From: Deltaproteobacteria bacterium
Lineage (GTDB): Bacteria > Desulfobacterota > Deferrimicrobia > Deferrimicrobiales > Deferrimicrobiaceae
NCBI GenBank assembly: GCA_025356865.1
Contig: JANXQJ010000148.1
Coordinates: forward strand, 1 to 54,340
Length of the DNA stretch: 54,340 nucleotides
Direction of reading: 5' to 3'
Shown here: in pieces, positions 19,022-30,706 of the stretch
Layout: every line of letters begins with the position of its first letter
Position numbering within the stretch: the stretch's first letter is position 1
The notes under the pieces: model-generated
What the model saw: only the letters and a program-made list of their open reading frames with translations
Database searches by the model: none
Told to the model about the DNA's origin: nothing
Translations under genes and position numbers: made by a program

Positions 19022-19271
19022 CCGCACGCCCTTCGGACCCCAGGATGTCGGACTCGTCTTCGGATTCGACGGCAACGCCTTCGGGCTTGCGAAGCAGCAA
19101 CTCGATCTTGCGGTCGGCCTCGTCGAGCCGTCTCTGGCAGATGCCGGAAAGGGACATCCCCTCCTCGAACAGGCGGATCGATTCCTCGAGCGGTACGTCG
19201 CCCGCCTCGAGTTTCCCGACGACTGCCTCGAGCGATTTCATGGCTTCTTCGAATGCAACCTGTTTTTTCAT
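19014..19271 (-). CDS. xseB: Exodeoxyribonuclease VII small subunit
   Basis: 85 aa, FEEAMKSLEAVVGKLEAGDVPLEESIRLFEEGMSLSGICQRRLDEA. Confidence 0.9.
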   Translation of the reverse strand: MKKQVAFEEAMKSLEAVVGKLEAGDVPLEESIRLFEEGMSLSGICQRRLDEADRKIELLLRKPEGVAVESEDESDILGSEGRAGG

Positions 19272-19310
19272 AGGTCTCCCATTATACGCCGGGATATCTT
19301 TCCGGGGGCA

Positions 19311-20213
19311 CTACCGATTCTCGACCAACCCGGGGAGCGACGCGGGATCGACGCGCGCACCGGTCACGCGAAGCCCGAAGTGGAGGTGAGGCCCCGTGGC
19401 TCGCCCGGTCGCCCCGACGCTTCCGATCCGCTCGCCCCGGCGAACCGCCTGCCCTTCGGAAACGGCGCGCTCGGCCAGGTGGAAGTACATGCTGAAGATG
19501 CCGCCGCCATGGTCGATCAGCAATTCGTTCCCGCCGAAAAACTGCTCGCCCGAAAAGACGACGCGGCCATCCGCGATCGAATGGACCGGCACGCCGGCCG
19601 GAAGGGTCATGTCGCCACCGGTGTGCGGGTTGCGCGGCTCACCGTTGATCACGCGGCGCGCACCGAAATGGGCGGGAACGAATCCGGGGACGGGCGGCTG
19701 GAACGGCGACCCCCATGACGGCAGGGAAGGCGGGGCGTCATACCGCTCCCTGAACAGCTTCGCCTCGGCCTCGATCCGCCGCACGAGCGCCGGGTCCTGC
19801 ACATCCTTTTCCTTCGGCACCTGAAACGCCTGGAGCGGGAAAACCCGCTCGCGCACCTCGATCTCGACATCGGCCCTGAGCGCCCCGCCGCCCCGGCTCG
19901 CCATCACCGTCAGCGTGTGACGACCCGGCGCCTCGGCGAGATCGATCCCGGCCAGCGCCTCGAAACAGCCGACACCGCACCCTTTCATCGGCCAGCTGCG
20001 CCCTTTCCAGTGGATCACGCCGTTGTCCGGCGAAGGCGTTCCCATCAGTTCGACCCGAACGATCGCCCCTTGTTCCGGGGCGGAATGGTCCACGGAAATG
20101 GCGATCGAGCCGTCGACCGGCCTCGCGGAAGGATCGGCGGCGTATCCGGGCGACGCGAGAAACGCCATCGCCAGCAGGAGCCCCCCGAAAACGGAACGGC
20201 GGGCGGGGGTCAA
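19311..20213 (-). CDS. Secreted M23 (LytM-type) metallopeptidase
   Basis: HxxxD (HTGGD), LIDHGGGIFSMYFHL and GPHLHFGL motifs. The TTG start at 20211-20213 gives the signal peptide (M)TPARRSVFGGLLLAMAFLASPGYA|A. The rest of ORF 19311-20867 is junk overlapping xseA. Confidence 0.85.
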   Translation of the reverse strand: MTPARRSVFGGLLLAMAFLASPGYAADPSARPVDGSIAISVDHSAPEQGAIVRVELMGTPSPDNGVIHWKGRSWPMKGCGVGCFEALAGIDLAEAPGRHTLTVMASRGGGALRADVEIEVRERVFPLQAFQVPKEKDVQDPALVRRIEAEAKLFRERYDAPPSLPSWGSPFQPPVPGFVPAHFGARRVINGEPRNPHTGGDMTLPAGVPVHSIADGRVVFSGEQFFGGNELLIDHGGGIFSMYFHLAERAVSEGQAVRRGERIGSVGATGRATGPHLHFGLRVTGARVDPASLPGLVENR

Positions 20214-21559
20214 GGCTTTCCTTCGACCCTGGCGGCGAAAGCCCCTTCGGCGACCCGGACGTGCAACCGTTCGCCCGGCAATATGTCGGCGGCCGAGCGC
20301 ACGGCCTTGCCGCTCTCTTCGGACGTGACGATGGCATAGCCGCGCGTCAGGACGGATTTCGGGTCGAGGGCGAGCAATTTGCCCCGAACCAGGGACAGCG
20401 CGGCGGCGCGGTCGGCCTGCCGCGCCAGTACGGGACGGGTCGCCCGCTCTTTCATGACGTCCAGCTCTCCCCTGCGCCGGGCGAGCCATGCCTCGGGCGA
20501 ATGGGCCCGAACCGCCGCGAGAAGGCGTGCCGCATCCGCGCGTCCGGCCCGTATCTTTGCCCGGACCCGTTCCGTCGCCCCGTTGACCGCCTCGGCCACC
20601 GCGAACCGGCGTGCGTGCAACAACGGCCTGGGATCCTGGAGCGTTCCGGATACGGCCCGCAACTCGCGGCGGAACGAATCCCGCCGCCAGGCCTCGGCGC
20701 GGCTGGCGCGACGGACCAGCGCCTCGACGCGTTGCGCCACCTCGGCCCGGTCGGGCACCGCCATCTGGGCGGCCGCCGTGGGCGTCGGCGCCCGGTGGTC
20801 GGCCGCGAGGTCGGCCAGGGTGAAATCGGTCTCGTGCCCCACCGCGCTGATCGTCGGAACCGGGCACGCGGCCAGGGCGCGAACGACGGCTTCCTCATTG
20901 AACGCCCAGAGGTCTTCGATCGATCCGCCGCCCCGGCCGGCGATGATCAATTCGACCGCCGTGTTGCCCGCAAGAGCCCTTATGGCATCCGCGATATCGG
21001 CCGCCGCCCCCTCGCCCTGGACCTGTGCGGGAGCCAGCGTGATGCGGATGGCGGGCCAGCGACTGCGGGCTATCCGGATCATGTCGCGAAGGACCGCGCC
21101 CTGGCGAGAGGTCACGATCCCGATATGGCGGGGAAAGGGAGGAAGAGGACGCTTGCGGGACTCGTCGAACAGCCCTTCGGCCGCAAGACGCGCCTTGAGT
21201 TTCTCGAGTTCGAGAAGCAGGGCGCCGCGCCCACGGACTTCGGCCGACTGCGCGTAGATCTGGTAGTCGCCCTTCTTCTCGAAAACAGCGACCTGCCCCG
21301 TGACCATCACGGTCTGGCCGTCGCGGATCTCGCCGGTTATGAACCGCTCGCGACCCTTGAACAGGACGACGCGGATCGTCGCCTCGTCGTCCTTCAGGGA
21401 GAAGTAGCGGTGCCCCGACGGGTAGTACTTGTAGTTGGAGACCTCGCCCTCGACCTGAACCTGGCGAAAATTGCCTTCGAGGCACCGCTTGATGCGTGCC
21501 GTCAACTGGCCGACGGAGAGGACCCCTCCGCCGGCGGCTTCGAACAGCGTGGCACTCAT
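20210..21559 (-). CDS. xseA: Exodeoxyribonuclease VII large subunit
   Basis: 449 aa. N-terminal OB-fold region (LSVGQLTARIKRCLEGNFRQVQVEGEVSNYKYYPSGHRYFSLKD) and typical core (GIVTS..GAVLRDM..RGGGSIEDLWAFNEE). Confidence 0.9.
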   Translation of the reverse strand: MSATLFEAAGGGVLSVGQLTARIKRCLEGNFRQVQVEGEVSNYKYYPSGHRYFSLKDDEATIRVVLFKGRERFITGEIRDGQTVMVTGQVAVFEKKGDYQIYAQSAEVRGRGALLLELEKLKARLAAEGLFDESRKRPLPPFPRHIGIVTSRQGAVLRDMIRIARSRWPAIRITLAPAQVQGEGAAADIADAIRALAGNTAVELIIAGRGGGSIEDLWAFNEEAVVRALAACPVPTISAVGHETDFTLADLAADHRAPTPTAAAQMAVPDRAEVAQRVEALVRRASRAEAWRRDSFRRELRAVSGTLQDPRPLLHARRFAVAEAVNGATERVRAKIRAGRADAARLLAAVRAHSPEAWLARRRGELDVMKERATRPVLARQADRAAALSLVRGKLLALDPKSVLTRGYAIVTSEESGKAVRSAADILPGERLHVRVAEGAFAARVEGKP

Positions 21560-21593
21560 GGCTCCGCCGGTGCCTGGCGAGACCCGCCGGCTG

Positions 21594-22976
21594 TCAGGCC
21601 TTCGGCTTGTCGACGAAGCGCGACTTGAAGATTTCCCAGCCCTTGAGCAGTTCGACCGCCCGGTCGAGCTGGACGTCCTTGACGTCTTCCTTCTTGGGCT
21701 CGTCGATCATCGGGGCGTCCTTGCGGCTGCCGTTCTTCTTGGCGCCCGCGTCGTCCTTCTTTTCGGGCGGAGTCGTGACGTCGGGCTTTTGGGCCTTGGC
21801 CGCGTCTTCTCCTTCACCCTTGAGATGCCGGTCGATATCCTTCTCGCGCATCATGCCGTGCCCGTCCGCCGGCTCGCGGCCGTCGCTGACGACGATGTCG
21901 GGCTCGATCCCCTTGGCCTGGATCGAGCGGCCGTTGGGCGTATAGTAGCGCGCCGTGGTCAACCGGAGCGCCGAACCGTCGTCGAGCGGCAGGATGGTCT
22001 GGACGGACGCCTTGCCGAACGTTCGCACGCCGAGGATGATGGCGCGTCCGTGATCCTGGAGGCACCCCGCCACGATCTCGGAGGCGGAAGCGGAGCCGGC
22101 ATTGACGAGGACGACGATCGGGAACCCGTTGTAGGTCCCCTCCTTGTGGGCGACGTATTTCACCTTCTGGTTTTCGATGCGCCCGTCGGTGTAGACGATG
22201 AGCCCGGACTCGACGAATTTATCGGAAACCTTGACCGCCTGGTCGAGCAGCCCGCCCGGGTTGTTGCGCAGGTCGAGCACGAGTCCCTTGAGCCCCGCTT
22301 TCGTCTTGAGCTGCTCCTGGAGCGCCTTCTCGAGTTCGGCATCGGTGTCGGCCTGGAACTGGTTGAGTTTGACGTAGCCGATCCCGTCGCCCAGATCCTT
22401 GGCCTTGACGCTCTTGATCTTGATGATCGCACGGGTGAGGGTGAAGGCCTTGGGCTCGGTGAACCCTTCGCGGGCGATCCAGATGGTCACCTTGGTGTCG
22501 GGTTCGCCGCGCATCCGCTTGACGGCATCGTTGATCGTCATTTCGCGCGTGGGATCGTTCTCGATCTTGACGATCGTGTCGCCGGCCTTGAGGCCGGCGC
22601 GCGACGCCGGCGTGTCGTCGATCGGGGCTATGATCGTCAGCATGCCGTCCTTGACGCCGATCTCGATGCCCAGGCCGCCGAACGCCCCGCGCGTTTCGAC
22701 CTCGACCTGCTTCAGCATGTCGGGGGTGAGGTAGGAGCTGTGCGGGTCGAGCGTCTGGACCATCCCCCGGATCGCGCCCTGGACCAGGTTGTCGGTGCTG
22801 GGTTCCTCGACGTAGCTGTTCTGGATGACCGAGAGGACGTCACCGAAAACCTTGAGCTTGTTGTATGCGACGGTGGCCTGGGCCGAGTGGCGTGAGGTAG
22901 TCAGGTCTCCGGAAACGAACCCCACCACGAACACACCCAGCAACAGCACCGGGGCCAGCCATTTTTTGCCTTTCAT
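21594..22976 (-). CDS. ctpA: C-terminal processing (tail-specific) peptidase, family S41
   Basis: Signal anchor MKGKKWLAPVLLLGVFVVGF. PDZ domain (GGLGIEIGVKDGMLTIIAPIDDTPASRAGLKAGD). Catalytic Ser/Lys context VLVNAGSASASEIVAG...TFGKASVQ. Confidence 0.9.
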   Translation of the reverse strand: MKGKKWLAPVLLLGVFVVGFVSGDLTTSRHSAQATVAYNKLKVFGDVLSVIQNSYVEEPSTDNLVQGAIRGMVQTLDPHSSYLTPDMLKQVEVETRGAFGGLGIEIGVKDGMLTIIAPIDDTPASRAGLKAGDTIVKIENDPTREMTINDAVKRMRGEPDTKVTIWIAREGFTEPKAFTLTRAIIKIKSVKAKDLGDGIGYVKLNQFQADTDAELEKALQEQLKTKAGLKGLVLDLRNNPGGLLDQAVKVSDKFVESGLIVYTDGRIENQKVKYVAHKEGTYNGFPIVVLVNAGSASASEIVAGCLQDHGRAIILGVRTFGKASVQTILPLDDGSALRLTTARYYTPNGRSIQAKGIEPDIVVSDGREPADGHGMMREKDIDRHLKGEGEDAAKAQKPDVTTPPEKKDDAGAKKNGSRKDAPMIDEPKKEDVKDVQLDRAVELLKGWEIFKSRFVDKPKA

Positions 22977-22986
22977 TCGATGCTCC

Positions 22987-24216
22987 TCATTGAATGGATA
23001 TGACGGACAACGGGTCGATGGCGGTTCCGCCCGCCCTGAGTTCCAAGTATAACACCGATTTGCCGGACGGGTCGGCGGGCAGGCGCCCGACCTCGTCGCC
23101 CGCGGCGACCGATGCGCCCTGCTTGACGCCGAAAGTGCCCGCCTTTCCGTACACCGAGAAAAGACCGCTGCCATGCTGCAGGATGAGCACCTTCCCGAAT
23201 CCCGCGACCGTCCCGATGAAGACGACTTCGCCCTTCCCGACCGCCTTGATCGCCGAACCGGACTGCGCCTCGATCTCCACCCCCCGGTTTTCGATATCGA
23301 CGTCGAAAACCGCATCGTGCTGCCGCCCGAACCGTCCCACGACCTTGCCCGCCAGCGGGGCGCTCATGCCGCCCGAAACCGCGGCAAACCGCTTCGGAGC
23401 CGCGGCCCGTTTCCGGCCGCCCCCGGCCTGTTTTTCGGGCTGCTTTCCTTCCTTGTCGCGGGCCAGACGCTCGCGTTCGCGCGCTTCCCGCTCGATCCGG
23501 CTGACCAGGGAATCCATCCGGGCTATGCGGGCGCGCAGATCGGCCAGTTCGGCCTGCTTCTTCTTTTTCTGACCCTCGATCTGCGACAACTTGAGCCGCT
23601 CGGCCTCCTGGCGGGACAGCAGCGTCTCGCCCACCTTTTTTTCTCTCGCCATCTGGCGTTCGGACGACTCGATCTTCTGCTCGATCCCCGAAAGCTGCTC
23701 CTCTTTCCGCTCCCGGTCGGCCGTCACCGATTCGAGGCGCCGGTGCCCTTGCGACAGGAGCCGGACCGCGAAATCGCGGTGAAGTTCCGCGCCTGCGGAA
23801 CCGGCCATGCGCGGGGACGGTTCCCGGGCGGCCAGGAAAGCTGCATGCACTCCGTCGCCCAGGTGCCTGCGCGTCTTTTCCTGGCGTGCCTCGAGCGCCT
23901 TGACCTCAAGCTCGGTCCGGTCCATCTCGGCCGAAAGGATGGACACTTTCCGGTCTATCTCGACGATAAAACGGTGCTGCCTTTCGATCCGATCCCGCAG
24001 GTCGCCGACGCGTTCCCGCGATTTTTTCTCTTTCCGGAGCGTTTCGGTCAGCTCGGCCGCTGTTTTTTCGGCTTTCCGGCGCATCTCGACCAATCGGGCC
24101 TTCTCGCGGCGCAGTTCGGCCATCGGATCGGCCGCAAAGGCGTGCCCCGCAAGCAGGAACAGCATCAACGCCGCGCACGCCCGGAAAAGCACAAGGATCC
24201 GGGGGGGGCCGATCAT
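22987..24216 (-). CDS. envC: EnvC-like murein hydrolase activator (coiled coil + LytM domain)
   Basis: Signal peptide MIGPPRILVLFRACAALMLFLLAGHAFA. Long Glu/Arg/Lys coiled coil. C-terminal LytM fold (GVEIEAQSGSAIKAVGKGEVVF..GFGKVLILQHGSGLFSVYG). ATGA overlap with the ftsX stop. Confidence 0.85.
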   Translation of the reverse strand: MIGPPRILVLFRACAALMLFLLAGHAFAADPMAELRREKARLVEMRRKAEKTAAELTETLRKEKKSRERVGDLRDRIERQHRFIVEIDRKVSILSAEMDRTELEVKALEARQEKTRRHLGDGVHAAFLAAREPSPRMAGSAGAELHRDFAVRLLSQGHRRLESVTADRERKEEQLSGIEQKIESSERQMAREKKVGETLLSRQEAERLKLSQIEGQKKKKQAELADLRARIARMDSLVSRIEREARERERLARDKEGKQPEKQAGGGRKRAAAPKRFAAVSGGMSAPLAGKVVGRFGRQHDAVFDVDIENRGVEIEAQSGSAIKAVGKGEVVFIGTVAGFGKVLILQHGSGLFSVYGKAGTFGVKQGASVAAGDEVGRLPADPSGKSVLYLELRAGGTAIDPLSVISIQ

Positions 24217-25106
24217 TTTCCGGGGTTGTGGAATTTCGACGCGCGCCAGCCGTAAAGGGAGGCCACGAAGATCAGGCAGGGGACGGTCGCAAGATAGAGC
24301 ACCACGAAAGGGAACGCACCGGAACGGACCACGCCTTCGACCGGGCCCAGGATTGACGCAAGCGCCGGAAAACGGACGGTCGCCGCGGAGATCACCATTC
24401 CGGCTGCACCGGTGGCCGGCAGGGCCAGCAGGCCGGCCACGAGCGCGCTGCCGGCCGCCCGCCCGGTCATGATGGCGGCGGGAGAGATGCCCCGGTCCGC
24501 GAGAAAACCGAAGTCGGAGCGGAGCGCCCGGGCCCGCGAGGCCTCCTGCATGGCGCACACGGAAAAGAGAAGGACCGACAGAAGGAGAAAGAAGCCCCAG
24601 AGCGCCAGGTTGACCCACTCGCGGACCCTGAGCAGGCGCGGGAGCGTTTTTGCGCCTGTGAACACCTTCTCGACCTGTGGAAGCGGCTTGAGCGCGTTCT
24701 CGACCGCGGCGATATCCTCCGCCGTCAACCGTTCGGGAAGGAGGCGGATCTGGAGATAGCCGGGCACCGGGTTCCCGCCCTCGAGACGCAGCGATTCAAG
24801 TCCGGGATAATCGGCGAGGAATTCACTCCAGGCCGCCTCGGGGTCCTTGTAGACGACCGAGCGGACTGCGGCCATTTTCCGGGCCTTCGCGGCAATGCCC
24901 ACCCCTTCCGCAGCGGACACGTTCAAGCGGAGCACGGCGTTGACGACCCACTGTTCGGAGAGGAACCGGTTGACACCCTTTCCCGCCAGCATCGTGAGCA
25001 GGAAACCGCCCACCAGGAAAAACATGACGAACCGGTTCAGCCACTCGCGGGCGAGCGACTTTCCGGCCAGTTTCCAGTCTATCCAGATCAACGACACCTT
25101 GTTCAC
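24213..25106 (-). CDS. ftsX: FtsX-like cell-division ABC permease
   Basis: 297 aa with four TM helices and a large first periplasmic loop. It sits between the ftsE-like and envC-like genes with 4-nt overlaps on both sides. Confidence 0.8.
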   Translation of the reverse strand: MNKVSLIWIDWKLAGKSLAREWLNRFVMFFLVGGFLLTMLAGKGVNRFLSEQWVVNAVLRLNVSAAEGVGIAAKARKMAAVRSVVYKDPEAAWSEFLADYPGLESLRLEGGNPVPGYLQIRLLPERLTAEDIAAVENALKPLPQVEKVFTGAKTLPRLLRVREWVNLALWGFFLLLSVLLFSVCAMQEASRARALRSDFGFLADRGISPAAIMTGRAAGSALVAGLLALPATGAAGMVISAATVRFPALASILGPVEGVVRSGAFPFVVLYLATVPCLIFVASLYGWRASKFHNPGK

Positions 25107-25813
25107 CCGACTGCCTCCCCTGGACTTCCCGCCATCAGTTGCGTCAACAGGAAGGGCCCGCAGCGGGTGCCCTCCGTCACCGGCTTCATGGGAAAGAGCG
25201 GCGGGAGCTCCCGCTCGGCGAAAACGATGATCCGGCCTTCGCGGGCCAGGGCGCGGAACAGGGCACTGAGCATTTCAGTCCACTCCTTCCCGATTCGGGC
25301 GATCGGGGCGTCGAGCAGAAGCACCCGGGGACCCCGGAACAGTTCGATGGCCAGCGCGGCCCGGGCCTGCTCGGACAGCGACAGCGACCGGAAAACGAAA
25401 CCTGCGGATCCGGGAAGCCCCACCATCGAGAGCAGGGCCGCCTCCCGTGCCTTGCGTTCGGATTCCGGCACATCGCCCGCAGCCAGCGACGCCAGGCGAA
25501 ACAGGTCGCCTACCGTATGGGTGCCGACGTCGAGGGCCTCGCCCACGATGCCCGAGACGCGCCGGAATCGGGGGACCGACTCGGACGTTCCGCGATAAAG
25601 GGGGACGCCGTCGAGCATCACGTCGCCGGCATCGGGCTTCCCCTCCCCGTGCAGCACGCCGAGCAGGCGGCTCTTCCCGGAGGAGGGAGGACCGGTCACG
25701 GCCCAGACATCGCCGTCGCGGAAGGCGGCGTCGAACCCGTCGAACAACGTCCCTGCGCGCCCGATCATCCCGATCCGAAACAGCTCAAGCATCCGCGGAA
25801 GGTTCCTCGTCAT
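25103..25813 (-). CDS. ftsE: FtsE-like ABC ATPase with degenerate catalytic motifs
   Basis: Walker A GPPSSGKS is intact. The signature is LSLSEQAR (not LSGGQ), Walker B is VLLLDAP (catalytic Glu replaced by Ala), and the H-loop position reads FAERE (no His). Confidence 0.75.
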   Translation of the reverse strand: MTRNLPRMLELFRIGMIGRAGTLFDGFDAAFRDGDVWAVTGPPSSGKSRLLGVLHGEGKPDAGDVMLDGVPLYRGTSESVPRFRRVSGIVGEALDVGTHTVGDLFRLASLAAGDVPESERKAREAALLSMVGLPGSAGFVFRSLSLSEQARAALAIELFRGPRVLLLDAPIARIGKEWTEMLSALFRALAREGRIIVFAERELPPLFPMKPVTEGTRCGPFLLTQLMAGSPGEAVG

Positions 25814-26078
25814 CGGGCAGTTGAATCGCGCCGGAGAGCAGCTTGCGGATCTCCTCGAGATGCTGCGCCTTCATCCGGTCCTTCAACCGGTCCTGCCAGC
25901 CGGGGTTCTCGACGATATCGGCATAGGAAGAACGGACGCTGTCCAGGATCACGCCGCCGATGAACGTGTGCGTCACGATGTTCGGACTCGTGCGTCCGCC
26001 GTCTTCGGTCTGGATGTGGTAAGTACGCCCGTTGTGCTTGATGTTGTGATTGAATCCGGAAAGCATCCGGACGGCCAT
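25785..26078 (-). CDS. Small soluble protein of unknown function
   Basis: 97 aa, non-junk composition (…NGRTYHIQTEDGGRTSPNIVTHTFIGGVILDS…). It starts 4 nt after the metH stop and overlaps the ftsE start. Confidence 0.55.
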   Translation of the reverse strand: MAVRMLSGFNHNIKHNGRTYHIQTEDGGRTSPNIVTHTFIGGVILDSVRSSYADIVENPGWQDRLKDRMKAQHLEEIRKLLSGAIQLPDDEEPSADA

Positions 26079-26082
26079 GCCC

Positions 26083-28541
<2,459 letters not shown>

Positions 28542-28545
<4 letters not shown>

Positions 28546-29345
28546 AACGCGATCCGTTCGACCGTTTCCATTCGCCCCCCGTAGAACCTTTCACCGACCG
28601 CCGCGAACCGCTCGGGATCGTCCGTCACCAGAAATCGAACTTCGCCGCCCCGTTCGCCCCGCCATTTCAGGTCGCTCTCGGAAAGGAGGATATCGACGAC
28701 ATGCGCCGCCTCCTCGCCCGAATCGATCAGCGTCACGCCGTCGCCCAGAAGTTCGCGAATCGGTTCCTTGAGCACCGGGTAATGGGTACAGCCGAGAATC
28801 AGCGAGTCGGGCGGTTGCCGGCGAAACGGTTCGAGGTATTCGGTCACGACTGCCTGGGCGATGACGCCGGCGGTAATCCCCTCCTCGACCAGGGAGACGA
28901 AGAGCGGGCAGGCGAGGGACCGGACCGCCGCACCGGGAATGGCGACCTTGAGCGCCTCGTCGTAGGCGCCCGACCGGATGGTTCCGGAGGTGCCGATGAC
29001 TCCGATGGATGCGTGGCGCTGCAACGCCGCCGCGCGACGCACGCACGGGTCGACCATCCCGACCACGGGGATCTTGTATATCTTGCGAAGAACCGGCAAG
29101 GAGAGCGAGGAAGCCGTGTTGCAGGCGACGACCAGCATCTTGATATCGTGCCGCACGATCAGGTGATTGGCGATCTCTATGGCGTAGCGCGTGACGGTTT
29201 CGCGCGATTTCGTGCCATAGGGAACGCGGGCCGTGTCGCCAAAATAGACGAACCGTTCCTGCGGGAGGGTGCGGACCAGTTCCCTCAGCACGGTCAGCCC
29301 ACCCACGCCGGAATCGAATACCCCGATCGGCCGGTCCACCTGCAC
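28542..29345 (-). CDS. murI: Glutamate racemase
   Basis: IGVFDSGVGGLTVLRE, VVACNTASS and LGCTHYP catalytic Cys motifs. Confidence 0.9.
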
Positions 29346-29357
29346 TCCTTCAATACT

Positions 29358-29386
29358 TTGATTTTTCTAACTTAGGACGCTATCGT
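29358..29386 (+). promoter_or_regulatory. Candidate sigma70-type promoter for the plus-strand gene pair
   Basis: TTGATT-N17-TATCGT in the murI-divergent intergenic region. Confidence 0.3.
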
Positions 29387-29435
29387 ATCCTTGTCAACCA
29401 AACGCCGGAAATGCACGGACGAGGGGAAGAAATCA

Positions 29436-29720
29436 ATGAATGCTTTCATCGAGTCGCTCGCCACCTCCAACATCCTCGCCATGGCGAAACATCCCCTGGC
29501 GCTGACCGCCGTCGGAGTCATGGTTGTCCTCTCGATCCTGTTCCGCTGGAAAATGGTCCTGCTCCTGGTCTTCGCGGTGGGCGCGATCCTGGCGGTTATC
29601 CGGTACTCGTCCCTCCAGACCACGGCGGAACCGTTCGGCAAGGACATGGCCATCTTCGGGGGCGGAACCGCGTTCGTCGCCCTCATCGTCATCTACTTCC
29701 TGTTCATCAAAGGCGACTAG
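29436..29720 (+). CDS. Small membrane protein (3 predicted TM helices), unknown function
   Basis: MNAFIESLATSNILAMAKHPLALTAVGVMVVLSILF...; hydrophobic, non-junk composition. The start was chosen at the ATG after GGGGAAGAAATCA. Confidence 0.5.
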   Translation: MNAFIESLATSNILAMAKHPLALTAVGVMVVLSILFRWKMVLLLVFAVGAILAVIRYSSLQTTAEPFGKDMAIFGGGTAFVALIVIYFLFIKGD

Positions 29721-29731
29721 CAGGAGTCCTT

Positions 29732-30706
29732 GTGCGCGTCGGATTCACCACCACCATACCGGTCGAACTGCTTTTCGCCGGCAGCCACGTTCCCGTCGAC
29801 CTCAACAACATCTTCATCGGGTCCGATTCCCCCTCCGACTTCATCCGCGCCGCCGAGAGCGACGGGTTTCCGAGAAACTGCTGCGGCTGGATCAAGGGGA
29901 TCTACGGCGTGGTGCGGGCCCGCGATTTCCGGGACGTGATCGCCGTGACGCAGGGAGATTGCAGTTACACTCAGGCGCTGATGGAAGTGCTTCGGCACCG
30001 GGGGGTCAACGCGGTTCCGTTCGCATTCCCGTTCGACCGGGATCCGGCATTTCTCGCGAACGAACTCGACAAGATGGCCTCCCGCTTCGGGAGCACGCTT
30101 GCCGAAGGCGAGCGATGGAAAACGAGACTCGACATCGTCCGCGCGGTCGCCCTCGAAATCGACCGGCTCACCTATGAAACCGGAAAGGTGACCGGGGAGG
30201 AGAATCACCTCTGGCTGGTCGGTTGCTCCGACTTCGAAGGCGATCCGGCCCGCTACGAAACCCGTGCGCGAAAGTTCCTGGCCGAAGCGACCGGACGCCC
30301 GCCGCGGGACAGCGGCACCCGAATCGGCATCGTCGGCGTCCCCCCGATCATCTCCGGATTGCACGCCGCATTCGAAGAGGCCGGCTCCAGGGTCGTATTC
30401 AACGAGGTGGCACGGCAGTTCGCCATGCCGGGCGATTCAGCGACGCTCCCGGAACAGTACCTGCGATACACCTATCCCTATTCGATCTTCGAACGGATCG
30501 ACGACATCCGGGCCGAAATCAAACGGCGGGAGATCGACGGGATCGTCCACTACGTGCAGTCGTTCTGCTTCCGGCAGATCGAGGACATCCTGCTTCGCGA
30601 GGAGATCGGGGTCCCGGTGCTGACGCTCGAGGGCGAAAACCCCGGGCCCGTGGACGAGCGGACCCGAATCCGGATCCAGGCGTTCATCGAGATGCTGAGC
30701 GGATGA
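29732..30706 (+). CDS. 2-hydroxyacyl-CoA dehydratase / BcrBC-HgdAB family protein (single subunit)
   Basis: VRVGFTTTIPVELLFAGSHVPVDLNN...GWIKGIYG...VTQGDCSYT...IDGIVHYVQSFCFRQIED, typical of the family. GTG at 29732 follows CAGGAG. The N-terminal 107 codons of ORF 29411-30706 overlap the small membrane gene out of frame. Confidence 0.75.
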   Translation: MRVGFTTTIPVELLFAGSHVPVDLNNIFIGSDSPSDFIRAAESDGFPRNCCGWIKGIYGVVRARDFRDVIAVTQGDCSYTQALMEVLRHRGVNAVPFAFPFDRDPAFLANELDKMASRFGSTLAEGERWKTRLDIVRAVALEIDRLTYETGKVTGEENHLWLVGCSDFEGDPARYETRARKFLAEATGRPPRDSGTRIGIVGVPPIISGLHAAFEEAGSRVVFNEVARQFAMPGDSATLPEQYLRYTYPYSIFERIDDIRAEIKRREIDGIVHYVQSFCFRQIEDILLREEIGVPVLTLEGENPGPVDERTRIRIQAFIEMLSG

